Made by a program: the position numbers and the translations under genes. The notes under the pieces were generated by a model. The model worked only from the letters and a program-made list of their open reading frames with translations. It was not told the origin of the DNA and ran no database searches. From Olavius algarvensis Gamma 3 endosymbiont (GTDB lineage Bacteria; Pseudomonadota; Gammaproteobacteria; GCA-001735895): DNA of 64,000 nt. Below are positions 41,552 through 51,753 of the stretch, piece after piece; position 1 is the stretch's first letter; each line of letters begins with the position of its first letter. The DNA lies in contig DS021198.1 in assembly GCA_001735895.1 (NCBI GenBank), forward strand, positions 478,340-542,339, in the 5' to 3' direction.

Positions 41552-43105
41552 ATGACGAAAACTTCCCCGACGCTGCGACGTCCTGTCCTGCTAGTTATTC
41601 TGGATGGGTTCGGGATCAACCCCGATCCGACCCATAACGCTATTCGGCAGGCGCATACGCCCAATTTCGATCGTTATTTCGAAGCCTACCCGATGGCGTC
41701 GCTGCAAGCCTCGGGCCGGGGCGTGGGCTTGCCGGTCGGTCAGATGGGTAATTCCGAAGTAGGCCATATGACTATCGGCAGCGGCAGTATCGTCAAACAG
41801 GATCTGGTGCGCATCGATGACGCCATCACCGACGGCAGTTTTAACGAAAACCCCGCCCTGCTGAGCGCGCTGACGGCAGCGCGTGGAAAGCAGCGTCCGC
41901 TGCATTTGATCGGACTGGTATCGGATGGCGGGGTGCATAGCCACCTCGACCACCTGGTCGCCTTGATCCGACTCTGTCACCAACACCAGGTGGTGCCCCA
42001 GCTGCATATGATTACCGACGGACGGGATACCGCGCCGCAGGCGGCCTTGAGTTATTTACCCGATCTCGAGGCTTTGCTCGAGGAATGCGGTGGTCACATC
42101 GCCACGATATGCGGTCGTTATTACGCGATGGATCGCGACCAGCGTTGGGACCGGGTGCGCTTAGCCTGGGAAAACATCGTGCACGGCCGCGGGATTGAGG
42201 CCGAAAACGCAGCGCAGGCGATCAAGGACAGCTACGCCGCCGGCCATGGCGACGAATTCATCCAGCCGACCCGGTTACCGGCGCAGCAAAAGCCGCAAGC
42301 CGGCGATGAAATGTTTTTTTTCAACTTTCGCAACGACCGCGCGCGCCAGATATGCGCCGCCTTTGCGCTGCCGCGATTCGAAGCATTCGAGCGCGGCTCG
42401 GATTATCTCCCGATCTCGCTCACCACGATGACTCATTACGACGCCCAACTGGGCTCGCCCGTCGCATTTGCCCCGATACGTCCCGCAACCACGCTGGGCG
42501 GTGTCATCAGCGATGCCGGACTGCGGCAATTACACTGCGCCGAAACCGAGAAGTACGCGCATGTCACATTTTTCTTCAATGGTGGCCGCGAACCGCCCTA
42601 TCCCGGAGAAGAACGCAAGCTGGTAGCATCGCCGCAGGTTGCCACCTACGACCTGCAACCGGAAATGAGTGCGGCCGGGGTCGCGGATGCGGTCATCGAG
42701 GCAATGCAATCCGGCGGCTATGAATTCATCGTGGTCAACTTCGCCAACGGCGATATGGTCGGTCACACCGCGGTGCGCGCCGCCATCATCGAGGCGGTGG
42801 AAGTGCTCGATCGTGAAGTAGGGCGGGTACTCGAAGCCGCGATCGCCAGTCAGTATGCGGTCGTTTTGACTGCCGATCACGGTAATTGTGATGAAATGGT
42901 AGATCCCGCAACGGGTCAACCGCATACCCAGCACTCGAACCATCCGGTGCCCTGTTTGATTATCGATCCGGATGTGAAAACGCTGAGCCAGGGCGATAAT
43001 CTGTCGGCAATCGCACCGACTATCCTGCAGTTAATGGGTATTACCAAACCCGCGGCCATGACTGGAAACTCGCTGATTGGCGACAGCTGGTGCGATTTAC
43101 CTTGA
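41552..43105 (+). CDS. gpmI: 2,3-bisphosphoglycerate-independent phosphoglycerate mutase
   Basis: 517 aa; LVILDGFG, NSEVGHMTIG, ADHGN motifs. Confidence 0.95.
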   Translation: MTKTSPTLRRPVLLVILDGFGINPDPTHNAIRQAHTPNFDRYFEAYPMASLQASGRGVGLPVGQMGNSEVGHMTIGSGSIVKQDLVRIDDAITDGSFNENPALLSALTAARGKQRPLHLIGLVSDGGVHSHLDHLVALIRLCHQHQVVPQLHMITDGRDTAPQAALSYLPDLEALLEECGGHIATICGRYYAMDRDQRWDRVRLAWENIVHGRGIEAENAAQAIKDSYAAGHGDEFIQPTRLPAQQKPQAGDEMFFFNFRNDRARQICAAFALPRFEAFERGSDYLPISLTTMTHYDAQLGSPVAFAPIRPATTLGGVISDAGLRQLHCAETEKYAHVTFFFNGGREPPYPGEERKLVASPQVATYDLQPEMSAAGVADAVIEAMQSGGYEFIVVNFANGDMVGHTAVRAAIIEAVEVLDREVGRVLEAAIASQYAVVLTADHGNCDEMVDPATGQPHTQHSNHPVPCLIIDPDVKTLSQGDNLSAIAPTILQLMGITKPAAMTGNSLIGDSWCDLP

Positions 43106-43169
43106 TCGCGGGCGAAATTTTAGTAATGATTGAACCTTGAGCAGTGCGCGATCTATTAAATAAAAATAC

Positions 43170-43829
43170 ATGGCAAGCTTATCCGAAACACTAGAGGAAA
43201 TTACGCTGTTTCGCGGGATGTCCGAGGAAGATATCGAAAGCATCGCCTCGCAGACGGTTATCCGCCAGTTTCCCAAGAACACCGTAATCGTCAGTCAGGG
43301 CGACGAAACCGACTCGTTTTACGTGATTTTACAGGGCAAGGTCGACGTTTTCTTGCACAATGACAAGGGCAAGGAAATCATCATCAACACCCTGGGCGAA
43401 GCGGAAGCCTTCGGTGAATTGGCGCCGCTGGGCGGTATTCCCCGCCAGGCCAGCATTATCACCACCGAAGATTCCACCTTCGGTATTATTTCACGCCAGA
43501 TTTTCATGGATACACTGCTGAGCAAACCAACCGTCAGCATGCAGATTATCGATTTGCTGATTCACCGCATCCAGGACTTGACCGAGGAGGTCAGCAGTCT
43601 GGCGCTGGAGGATGTTTACAATCGCGTGGTGCGCGTGCTTTACAAACATGCAGCCGAAGTCGGTGAAAAACTGGTAACCGAAAAATTGGCCCAGCAGGAT
43701 ATCGCCAGTCGCGTCGGCGCCACTCGCGAAATGGTGCATCGGATCCTCAAGGAACTGAAAACCGGCGGCTATATCTCGATCGAAGGTAAACATATCACAA
43801 TCGAGAAAAAACTCCCGCCCGGCTGGTAA
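43170..43829 (+). CDS. Crp/Fnr-family transcriptional regulator
   Basis: cNMP-binding domain (FGELAPLGG..RQASI) plus C-terminal HTH QQDIASRVGATREMVHRILKEL. Confidence 0.85.
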   Translation: MASLSETLEEITLFRGMSEEDIESIASQTVIRQFPKNTVIVSQGDETDSFYVILQGKVDVFLHNDKGKEIIINTLGEAEAFGELAPLGGIPRQASIITTEDSTFGIISRQIFMDTLLSKPTVSMQIIDLLIHRIQDLTEEVSSLALEDVYNRVVRVLYKHAAEVGEKLVTEKLAQQDIASRVGATREMVHRILKELKTGGYISIEGKHITIEKKLPPGW

Positions 43830-43884
43830 AGCTTGCTCGAAAAAAGTGCTAACATAGCGCCATTTTTTAGCGAGGTCTGAGAAA

Positions 43885-44634
43885 GTGGCGGGTCATAGCA
43901 AGTGGGCCAATATTCAACACCGCAAGAAGGCGCAGGATGCCAAGCGCGGTAAGTTGTTTACCCGTTTAATCAAGGAGATCGTGGTCGCGGCCAAGGCCGG
44001 CGGCTCCGATCTCGACGCCAATGCCTCGTTGCGCACCGCGGTCGACAAGGCCAAATCTCAATCTGTTCCGAAGGACGCCATCGAGCGCGCGGTCAAACGC
44101 GGCGCGGGCGAACTCGATGGCTCCGATTACGAAGAGATTCGTTATGAAGGCTATGGCCCCGCAGGAGTCGCCTTCATCGTCGATTGCCTGTCGGATAACC
44201 GTAACCGCACCGTCGCCGAGGTGCGCCACGCATTCACTAAGGCCGGCGGCAATCTCGGGCAAAGCGGTTCGGTGGCATACCTGTTCGACAGCGTCGGCGT
44301 ATTGCTGTATTCGCCCGATCACGACGAAGACCAGATCATGGAAGCGGCGCTCGAAGCCGGCGCCGAGGATGTGATCGTTGCCGACGACGGCAGTATCGAG
44401 GTTTTAACGACAGCCGAGGAATATGTCGCGGTCAAGCAGGCGATGACCGAGGCCGGCCTCGAGCCCGAAGATTCCGACCTGACCATGCGCGCGTCTGTCA
44501 ACGCCGAACTCGATCTGGATAACGCCGGTAAGGTGTTGCGTCTGGTCGACCTGCTGGAGACATCGGACGATGTGCAGGACGTCTATTACAATGCGGAAAT
44601 CCCAGAGCAGGCTTACGAGGCCGAGACCGGATGA
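43885..44634 (+). CDS. yebC: YebC/PmpR-family DNA-binding regulator
   Basis: MAGHSKWANIQHRKKAQDAKRGKLFTRLIKEI; upstream of ruvC as in many bacteria. Confidence 0.93.
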   Translation: MAGHSKWANIQHRKKAQDAKRGKLFTRLIKEIVVAAKAGGSDLDANASLRTAVDKAKSQSVPKDAIERAVKRGAGELDGSDYEEIRYEGYGPAGVAFIVDCLSDNRNRTVAEVRHAFTKAGGNLGQSGSVAYLFDSVGVLLYSPDHDEDQIMEAALEAGAEDVIVADDGSIEVLTTAEEYVAVKQAMTEAGLEPEDSDLTMRASVNAELDLDNAGKVLRLVDLLETSDDVQDVYYNAEIPEQAYEAETG

Positions 44635-45155
44635 TTATCCTGGGGATCGACCCCGGTTCGCGCGTTACCGGTTTCGGGTTGATCGATAATCACAGTAACC
44701 ATATCGATTACATTCATAGCGGCAGCATCAAGGTGAGCGGGGATAGTCTGCCGCAGCGTCTGGGCAATATATTCTTCGAAATCGACGCGGTGATTCGACA
44801 GTATCGGCCCGAGCAAATGGGCATTGAAAACGTATTCATGGCGCGCAACGCCGATTCCGCGCTGAAACTCGGGCAGGCGCGGGGCGCGGCGATTTGCGCC
44901 GGCCACCAGGCCGGACTCGAAATCGCCGAGTATGCGGCGCGCGAAATCAAGCAGGCCATCGTCGGGACCGGGGCGGCCAGCAAGGAACAGGTGCAACACA
45001 TGGTTAAACGCTTGCTCGGTATCCGTCAAAACCTGCAGGCCGACGAAGCGGATGGTCTCGCGATTGCTATCTGTCACGCACAATTTTATGCTACCACGCA
45101 AAAAACCGGGCTCGCAGCCAACCAGTTCAAGCGCAGGAGGAGCAGTCGCAGATGA
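44631..45155 (+). CDS. ruvC: crossover junction endodeoxyribonuclease RuvC
   Basis: MIILGIDPGSRVTGFG..., 174 aa. Confidence 0.93.
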   Translation: MIILGIDPGSRVTGFGLIDNHSNHIDYIHSGSIKVSGDSLPQRLGNIFFEIDAVIRQYRPEQMGIENVFMARNADSALKLGQARGAAICAGHQAGLEIAEYAAREIKQAIVGTGAASKEQVQHMVKRLLGIRQNLQADEADGLAIAICHAQFYATTQKTGLAANQFKRRRSSRR

Positions 45156-45754
45156 TCAGCCGATTAACAGGCGTATTGGCCGCCAAGCGCGCACCGCAGA
45201 TTTTGATCGATTGCCATGGCGTCGGTTACGAAGCCGACGTGTCGATGACGACTTATTACAAACTGCCCGAAGTCGGCGACCAGATTTCAATCTGGACGCA
45301 CCTGCTGGTGAAGGATGATTCTCACAGTCTGGTCGGGTTCCACGACGAGCAGGAACGCAGGCTTTTTCGCCAATTGATCCGCATCAACGGGGTCGGCCCG
45401 AAAATGGCGCTGACCATACTTTCGGGCATCGACGAGCAGCAGTTCGCACTCTGTATCGCCAATAACGACCTGGCCATGCTGACGCGCCTGCCGGGCGTTG
45501 GCAAGAAGACCGCCGAACGCCTGGTTATCGAAATGCGCGATAAAATCGATGCACTGGCGGCTGAGTTGCCGGCGCAGCAGGTAACCCCCGGCGGGCCATC
45601 CGTCATCAGCGAAGCAATCGAAGCCCTGCAAGCCTTGGGTTACAAACCCTCCGATGCCGAAAAAATGATCAGCCGAGCACAGCAGCAAACCGAAGCGGGC
45701 GACAGCGCCTCCCTGTTGATCAAGAAGGCGCTACAGGCGACGGTTAAGCTATGA
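45152..45754 (+). CDS. ruvA: Holliday junction branch migration complex subunit RuvA
   Basis: MISRLTGVL..., HhH motifs [13 protein letters not shown] and [15 protein letters not shown]. Confidence 0.93.
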   Translation: MISRLTGVLAAKRAPQILIDCHGVGYEADVSMTTYYKLPEVGDQISIWTHLLVKDDSHSLVGFHDEQERRLFRQLIRINGVGPKMALTILSGIDEQQFALCIANNDLAMLTRLPGVGKKTAERLVIEMRDKIDALAAELPAQQVTPGGPSVISEAIEALQALGYKPSDAEKMISRAQQQTEAGDSASLLIKKALQATVKL

Positions 45755-46770
45755 GTGAAGAACGATTGATCAGCCCCGAAGCGGTTGCCGAAGAGTTAAC
45801 CCAGGATCGCGCGCTGCGCCCGAAAATGCTGACCGACTATGTTGGCCAGAATGAGATGCGCGCACAAATGGAAATTTTCATCGCAGCGGCGGTGAAGCGC
45901 CAGGAAGCCCTCGACCATGTGCTGATATTCGGGCCGCCGGGTCTGGGCAAGACCACTTTATCGCATATTATAGCCAACGAAATGACAGTAAACCTGCGCC
46001 AGACTTCGGGACCGGTGCTGGAAAAGGCCGGCGATCTGGCCGCGATCCTGACCAACCTCGAGGCACACGACGTACTGTTCATCGATGAAATTCACCGGTT
46101 GAGCCCGGTGGTCGAGGAAATTCTTTATCCGGCACTGGAAGATTTTCAGCTCGACATCATGATTGGCGAAGGCCCGGCGGCGCGCTCGATCAAGCTCGAT
46201 CTGCCGCCGTTTACGCTGGTCGGTGCGACCACCCGCGCAGGCTTGCTGACATCGCCGTTACGCGATCGATTCGGTATCGTGCAGCGGCTCGAATTCTATA
46301 ACCCCGAGGAACTGGGCCGCATCATCATGCGCTCGGCCGGCTTGCTAAATATCGAGGTCGAGGCCGCCGGGGCGCGCGAAATCGCCAGCCGCGCACGCGG
46401 CACGCCGCGTATTGCCAATCGTTTGCTGCGTCGCGCGCGCGACTATGCCGAAGTCAAAGCCGATGCCGTCATCAGTGAAACCGTGGCGCAAGCAGCGCTG
46501 GACATGCTCAAGGTCGATCAGTCCGGGCTCGATCATATGGACCGGCGTTTGATTCTGGCGCTGATCGAAAAATTCGACGGCGGGCCGGTCGGTGTCGAGA
46601 GCCTCGCGGCCGCAATCGGCGAGGAGCGCGGCACCATCGAGGACGTTATCGAACCCTACCTGATCCAGCAAGGATTTATGATGCGTACCCCGCGCGGGCG
46701 TGTGGTAACATCGCGCGCGTATTCGCATTTCGGAATAAAACATTCCCAGCAGGGCGAAATTGAAATTTAG
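45751..46770 (+). CDS. ruvB: Holliday junction branch migration DNA helicase RuvB
   Basis: Walker [19 protein letters not shown], 339 aa. Confidence 0.95.
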   Translation: MSEERLISPEAVAEELTQDRALRPKMLTDYVGQNEMRAQMEIFIAAAVKRQEALDHVLIFGPPGLGKTTLSHIIANEMTVNLRQTSGPVLEKAGDLAAILTNLEAHDVLFIDEIHRLSPVVEEILYPALEDFQLDIMIGEGPAARSIKLDLPPFTLVGATTRAGLLTSPLRDRFGIVQRLEFYNPEELGRIIMRSAGLLNIEVEAAGAREIASRARGTPRIANRLLRRARDYAEVKADAVISETVAQAALDMLKVDQSGLDHMDRRLILALIEKFDGGPVGVESLAAAIGEERGTIEDVIEPYLIQQGFMMRTPRGRVVTSRAYSHFGIKHSQQGEIEI

Positions 46771-46814
46771 CCAGTCCCCGCTCACTCCCGTATCCACCAA
46801 CACATCAAAATGCC

Positions 46815-47489
46815 ATGAATGATGATTCACTGATAACCCTGATTGCCAATGCCAGTTTGCCGGTCCAACTGGTCATGCTGATACTGCTGGTGGCTTCGGT
46901 TTTTTCCTGGGCGCTGATGTACGTCAAGCGTGGCTACATCCGACAGTCGCAGGCCGAGGCCAAAACCTTCGAGGGCCGGTTCTGGTCGGGCATCAATTTA
47001 AGCGACCTGTTCGCTCAGCTAAGCGTGCGTCAAGATCGGCGTTTTGGACTCGAGGCGATATTCGAAAACGGTTTCCGCGAATTTGCGCGCGCACGCAAGG
47101 CCGAACTCGACAACAGCGAAGTAGTGCGTTCCGCCCACCGCGCGATGAAGGTTTCGATGTCGCGCGAAATCGAGCAGTTGGAGCATAATCTGCCGTTTCT
47201 CGCCACCGTTGGCTCGGTCAGCCCCTATGTCGGACTGTTCGGCACGGTCTGGGGAATCATGGAATCGTTTCGCGCGCTTGCCGGGGTGCAGCAGGCAACC
47301 CTGGCGATGGTTGCGCCCGGCATTTCGGAAGCCCTGATCGCCACTGCGATGGGCTTGCTGGCGGCGATTCCGGCGGTGGTGGCCTACAACAAGTTCACCA
47401 GCGAAGTCGATGCGATGATCGTGCGTTACGAAAATTTCCTGGAAGAATTTACCGGAATTTTACAACGTCAGGCGCAGTCACCAAGGTAG
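46815..47489 (+). CDS. tolQ: Tol-Pal system protein TolQ
   Basis: MotA/TolQ/ExbB fold, 224 aa, first gene of the tolQRAB-pal-cpoB run. Confidence 0.9.
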   Translation: MNDDSLITLIANASLPVQLVMLILLVASVFSWALMYVKRGYIRQSQAEAKTFEGRFWSGINLSDLFAQLSVRQDRRFGLEAIFENGFREFARARKAELDNSEVVRSAHRAMKVSMSREIEQLEHNLPFLATVGSVSPYVGLFGTVWGIMESFRALAGVQQATLAMVAPGISEALIATAMGLLAAIPAVVAYNKFTSEVDAMIVRYENFLEEFTGILQRQAQSPR

Positions 47490-47499
47490 GATAGTCCAG

Positions 47500-47916
47500 G
47501 TGAAAAAGCGCCGCTCAGTATCCGAAATAAACGTTGTGCCTTACATCGACGTGATGTTGGTGCTGTTGATCATATTCATGGTGACCGCGCCGTTGCTGAA
47601 GCAGGGTGTCGATGTCGATCTGCCGACTGCGCCGGCCAATCCGCTCGATGCGGAGAGCCCGGAGCCGATCGTGATCAGCGTCGACAGCAAGGGTTTAATG
47701 TATCTCAACATCGCGCTAAACCCGGATGCCGGTATCAGTGCCGAATCGCTGGTGAAGCAGGTGAAGGCCGCGCTCGCGCGCGAACCCAAGCGCCCGGTAA
47801 TGGTGCGCGGCGATGCCAATGGCCCTTACCAGAATGTAGTCGGCACACTGGTGCTGTTGCAGCAGGCGAATGTCGGGTCGGTAGGGCTGGTGACCGAACC
47901 CGAGGCCAAACCCTAG
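47500..47916 (+). CDS. tolR: Tol-Pal system protein TolR
   Basis: ExbD/TolR N-terminus EINVVPYIDVMLVLLIIFMV, 138 aa. Confidence 0.9.
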   Translation: MKKRRSVSEINVVPYIDVMLVLLIIFMVTAPLLKQGVDVDLPTAPANPLDAESPEPIVISVDSKGLMYLNIALNPDAGISAESLVKQVKAALAREPKRPVMVRGDANGPYQNVVGTLVLLQQANVGSVGLVTEPEAKP

Positions 47917-48848
47917 TGTTCGGGGTGCTGCGCAAACATCCGCGTGCCCTGATACTGTCGCTGGCGCTGCATGGCGTTGTCATCGGTCTGATCTTGGTCA
48001 ACTTTCATTTCGTCGACAAGCCGGCTGAGGTCAAGGCGGGGCAGATCCAGCAGACGGTGCAGGCCGAAGTGGTGGAACAACGTCAACTCGATGCCATGCA
48101 ACGGAAAAAACAGGAGCAGGCAGAGAAGCTAAAACAGGCGGCCAGGAAAAAGAAGGAGCAGGAAGCCAGAAAACTGGCCGACAAAAAGAAGCGGGAGGCG
48201 GAAAAAAAGCGTCAAGCGGAAGCCAACAAAAAAGCTGAACTAAAACGCAAAAAGCAGGCCGAAGAAAAACGTAACAAACAAGCGGCGGAAAAACGCAAGG
48301 CGGAGGAAAAACGCAAGGTCGAGGAAGAACGAAAATCGGAAGAAAAACGCAAAGCCGAGGAACAAAGAAAAGCGGATGAAAAACGCAAAGCCGAGGACAA
48401 ACGCCGCGCCGAAGAGAAGCGCAAGGCAGAAGAGGCCAAACGCGCGGAGGAAGAACGTAAAAGGCAAGCGGCGGAACAACGCCGCCAGGCCGAAGCCGAG
48501 CGGAAACGCAAGGAAGCCGAACTCAAGGCAAAATTGCAGGCCGAGGAAAATCAGCGCCGACTCAATTCGCTGCAGCAGGCCTATATCCTCGCGATTCGAC
48601 AAAAAGTCGAACGGAATTGGCGAAAACCGGCCGGAAGTGGGAAAATGCCGGTGTGCGAAGTTCATGTCCTGCAGGAGCCGGGCGGCATCATCCTCGATGT
48701 CACTTTCGGCGCCTGCGGCGGCAGTACCGCGACCTACCGCGCTTCCATCGAAAATGCAGTGTACAAGGCCGAACCCCTGCCCAAGCCCGGGGATCCGGAA
48801 ATTTTTGAACGTGAGTTGAAGTTTTTGTTTAATCCGGCGGAACAGTAG
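47916..48848 (+). CDS. tolA: Tol-Pal system protein TolA
   Basis: N-terminal TM, long Lys/Glu/Ala-rich helical domain, conserved C-terminal domain (IRQKVERNW...). Confidence 0.88.
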   Translation: MFGVLRKHPRALILSLALHGVVIGLILVNFHFVDKPAEVKAGQIQQTVQAEVVEQRQLDAMQRKKQEQAEKLKQAARKKKEQEARKLADKKKREAEKKRQAEANKKAELKRKKQAEEKRNKQAAEKRKAEEKRKVEEERKSEEKRKAEEQRKADEKRKAEDKRRAEEKRKAEEAKRAEEERKRQAAEQRRQAEAERKRKEAELKAKLQAEENQRRLNSLQQAYILAIRQKVERNWRKPAGSGKMPVCEVHVLQEPGGIILDVTFGACGGSTATYRASIENAVYKAEPLPKPGDPEIFERELKFLFNPAEQ

Positions 48849-48858
48849 TAACCAGAAT

Positions 48859-50166
48859 ATGCAGATAATAAAGCAGGTTTCGTATTTGTTAGCTGTCATG
48901 CTGCTCGGTGTGATGCAAATCGCCAGCGCGGCTTTGACGATTGAAATTACGCAGGGTGTCGATGGCGCGCTGCCGATTGCGGTAGTACCCTTCGATACCG
49001 CGAAACTGAGTAGCAAGCTGCCGGTCGACCTGGCCGCGATTGTCGCCAGCGACCTCAATCGTAGCGGTGTACTCAAATCCATGGAGCGCGCCCAGTTACC
49101 CGCCAGCCCGCATTACAGTAACCAGGTGCAATACCAGCGCTGGCGCGGTGCAGGGCAGGATTATCTCGTGGTGGGCCGGGTGCTCGAAAAATCGCCCGGG
49201 ATTTACAATATTGAATTCCAGTTGCTCGACGTGCTCAAGCAAAAGCAGCTACTCGGGCGCAGCATGCAGGCCAAGAAGCGCAACCTGCGTTCGCGCGCGC
49301 ACCAGATCAGCGATTTTATCTACCAGCAGATTACCGGCACCCGCGGCGCCTTCAATACGCGGATCGCCTTCGTCCGCGCGCAAAATGAAAACGCGGCGCG
49401 TAAGTACGTGTTGCAGGTTTCCGACAGCGACGGTTTCAATGCGCAAAACGTGCTCGAATCCGACGAGCCCATCATGTCGCCGAGCTGGTCGCCCGACGGC
49501 AAGTCGCTGGCATACGTGTCGTTCGAGAGCCGGCGCCCCGAGATTTTTATTCAGCACCTGGCGACCGCGCGCCGTTCCAAAATCGCCGGCTTTAGCGGCT
49601 TGAATAGCGCGCCGAGCTGGTCGCCCGACGGCAAGTTTCTGGCGCTGGTATTGTCGAAGGACGGCAGCCCCGACATTTATACCCTGAATACCGCCACCAA
49701 ACGCCTAAAACGGCTGACGAAACACCGCAGCATCGATACCGAGCCGGTTTGGACGCGCGACGGCAGAAGCATTATCTTTACCTCGGATCGGTCGGGCTCG
49801 CCGCAGCTCTACCAGATCAACGTCGCCGGCGGCAAGCCGAAGCGCCTGACCTTCGAAGGCCGTTACAATAGCGCGGCTTCGCTGTCGCCCGACGGCAAGT
49901 TCAGCGTCATGGTGCATGGCGAGCGAGGGCAATATAAAATAGCGCAACTCGATCGTGAAACGGGTAATTTGACCGTATTAACCGACGGTAGGCTCGACGA
50001 ATCGCCGTCTTTTTCTCCCAACGGAAAGATGGTGCTATATGCGTCCACGCGCGGGAATAATGGATTTTTGTTCGCGGTTTCCATCGACGGGCGCGCCAAA
50101 CACAAGTTGTCCGACCAGGCCGGCGATATCCGGGAACCGGTGTGGGGACCTTTTGAAAGCAAATAA
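48859..50166 (+). CDS. tolB: Tol-Pal system beta-propeller protein TolB
   Basis: 435 aa with a signal peptide and repeated SWSPDGK propeller blades. Confidence 0.93.
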   Translation: MQIIKQVSYLLAVMLLGVMQIASAALTIEITQGVDGALPIAVVPFDTAKLSSKLPVDLAAIVASDLNRSGVLKSMERAQLPASPHYSNQVQYQRWRGAGQDYLVVGRVLEKSPGIYNIEFQLLDVLKQKQLLGRSMQAKKRNLRSRAHQISDFIYQQITGTRGAFNTRIAFVRAQNENAARKYVLQVSDSDGFNAQNVLESDEPIMSPSWSPDGKSLAYVSFESRRPEIFIQHLATARRSKIAGFSGLNSAPSWSPDGKFLALVLSKDGSPDIYTLNTATKRLKRLTKHRSIDTEPVWTRDGRSIIFTSDRSGSPQLYQINVAGGKPKRLTFEGRYNSAASLSPDGKFSVMVHGERGQYKIAQLDRETGNLTVLTDGRLDESPSFSPNGKMVLYASTRGNNGFLFAVSIDGRAKHKLSDQAGDIREPVWGPFESK

Positions 50167-50195
50167 TTATCGTATACTAGCGGAGCGCGATTAAT

Positions 50196-50798
50196 ATGAA
50201 ATCAATCAGACAAATCAAGCCGTGGTTGCTTGCCGGCTGCCTGGCCTTGTTCGTTTCGGCCTGTGCTACTACGCAGGATGAGGTGATCGAAGACGGTCCG
50301 CCGACTGACGATCAAACGCAGCTGGACGGCGCCGTGACCCAGGATGATGGCTCGGGTGCCGACGCCAGCGGAATCGACGGCGGCGACGATGGCGGCGCTA
50401 CCGCGATTGCCGACGACGGCCCGATGACTGCCATGGAAATGCTCGAAAAAACCGAGGGCGCTCTCGCCAACCGCAGCATTTATTTCGAATTCGACAGCGC
50501 CAAGCTGACCAGCGAATCGATAGAGATACTCGAAATCCACGGCAATTTTATTGCCGGTAACGGGGAAGTCGCGGTGCGCCTCGAAGGGCATGCCGACGAG
50601 CGCGGCAGCCGCGAATACAACATTGCCCTCGGCGACCGGCGGGCGCAATCGGTGCGCCGCGTATTGCTGTTCCAGGGCGCATCCACCGACCAGGTCGAAA
50701 CCGTCAGTTACGGCGAGGAACAGCCGGCGGTCATGGGGCACAACGAGCAAGCCTGGTCCAAGAACCGGCGCGTCGAACTGATTTACACGGTGAACTAA
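50196..50798 (+). CDS. pal: peptidoglycan-associated lipoprotein Pal
   Basis: Lipobox LFVSAC; OmpA-like C-terminal domain (GHADERGSREYNIALGDRRA). Confidence 0.92.
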   Translation: MKSIRQIKPWLLAGCLALFVSACATTQDEVIEDGPPTDDQTQLDGAVTQDDGSGADASGIDGGDDGGATAIADDGPMTAMEMLEKTEGALANRSIYFEFDSAKLTSESIEILEIHGNFIAGNGEVAVRLEGHADERGSREYNIALGDRRAQSVRRVLLFQGASTDQVETVSYGEEQPAVMGHNEQAWSKNRRVELIYTVN

Positions 50799-50799
50799 A

Positions 50800-51744
50800 A
50801 TGGACCGGGCACACAACTCTATTCGCATTGCCTGCCTGAGTGCGCTGCTGTTCGCTGCCGGGCTGTCACCGGCCCTCGCACAAAGTGCGTTAACCCCCGA
50901 GCAGTTGACGTTACGGGTCGAGCGTTTAACCGAATTGTCGCAGCGCTCGGAAGTCAAATTGGGCGCCATCCAGGACCAGTTGGCCAAGTTGACCGAGGAT
51001 ATGTCGCGGCTGGGCCGCTTGATCGACAATCGCGCGATGCTCGATATGATTCAGCTGGTCGATCAACTGGCGGATGAAATTAGCCAGTTGAACGGCGCAA
51101 TCGAACAGCAGGGATTCGATATCGATGGCATCAAGAAACGCCAGCGCGAGCTGTATCTCGATATCGACCGCCGCCTGCGCGATCTGGAAAGCGGCGCTGC
51201 CGCGCGCGCGCCGGCCGGTTCGATCAGCGTGCCGCAGATCGAAACCACGGCGCCGCGAGCGCCGGCAGCGGCCAGCCAGCCTCCGGCCGTAGCGCCGTCG
51301 AGTTCTAGTGCTCAATCCACGACGGCAGCAGTATCGCCAACGCCGTCGGTGACGCAGAGTGCCGAAAAGGCAGCCTACCAGGCGGCTTTCGACACGCTCA
51401 AAGAGGGACGCTACAAGAAGGCTAAATCCGAACTCAAAACCTTTCTGACCCGCTATCCCAACAGCAGTTATGCCGGCAACGCGCAGTACTGGCTGGCCGA
51501 AGCACATTACGTTACGCGCAACTTCGAACAGGGTATCGTCGAGTTCAAGCAGGTACTGGACAAGTATCCCGGCAGTAACAAGGTGCCGGATGCAATGCTC
51601 AAGCTCGGTTACACCTTCTACGAGCTCAAACAATTCCCGCAGGCGAAGACCATATTATCCGACCTGCGCCAAAAGTACCCCAATGAAACCGCGTCACGCC
51701 TGGCCGCCAAGCGCCTCGATCGCATCCGCAAAGAAGGGCATTAA
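50800..51744 (+). CDS. cpoB: cell division coordinator CpoB (YbgF)
   Basis: Signal peptide, coiled-coil N-domain, C-terminal TPR region (YPNSSYAGNAQYWLAEAHY...). Confidence 0.88.
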   Translation: MDRAHNSIRIACLSALLFAAGLSPALAQSALTPEQLTLRVERLTELSQRSEVKLGAIQDQLAKLTEDMSRLGRLIDNRAMLDMIQLVDQLADEISQLNGAIEQQGFDIDGIKKRQRELYLDIDRRLRDLESGAAARAPAGSISVPQIETTAPRAPAAASQPPAVAPSSSSAQSTTAAVSPTPSVTQSAEKAAYQAAFDTLKEGRYKKAKSELKTFLTRYPNSSYAGNAQYWLAEAHYVTRNFEQGIVEFKQVLDKYPGSNKVPDAMLKLGYTFYELKQFPQAKTILSDLRQKYPNETASRLAAKRLDRIRKEGH

Positions 51745-51753
51745 CCGAGTCAT

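Noticed and set aside
48100-48560. Highly repetitive AAG/GAA/GCG-rich DNA that could be mistaken for a repeat array or mobile remnant.
   Set aside because: It encodes the Lys/Glu/Ala-rich helical domain II of TolA, in frame and flanked by the conserved TolA N- and C-terminal domains. It has no spacer/repeat periodicity of the CRISPR type.
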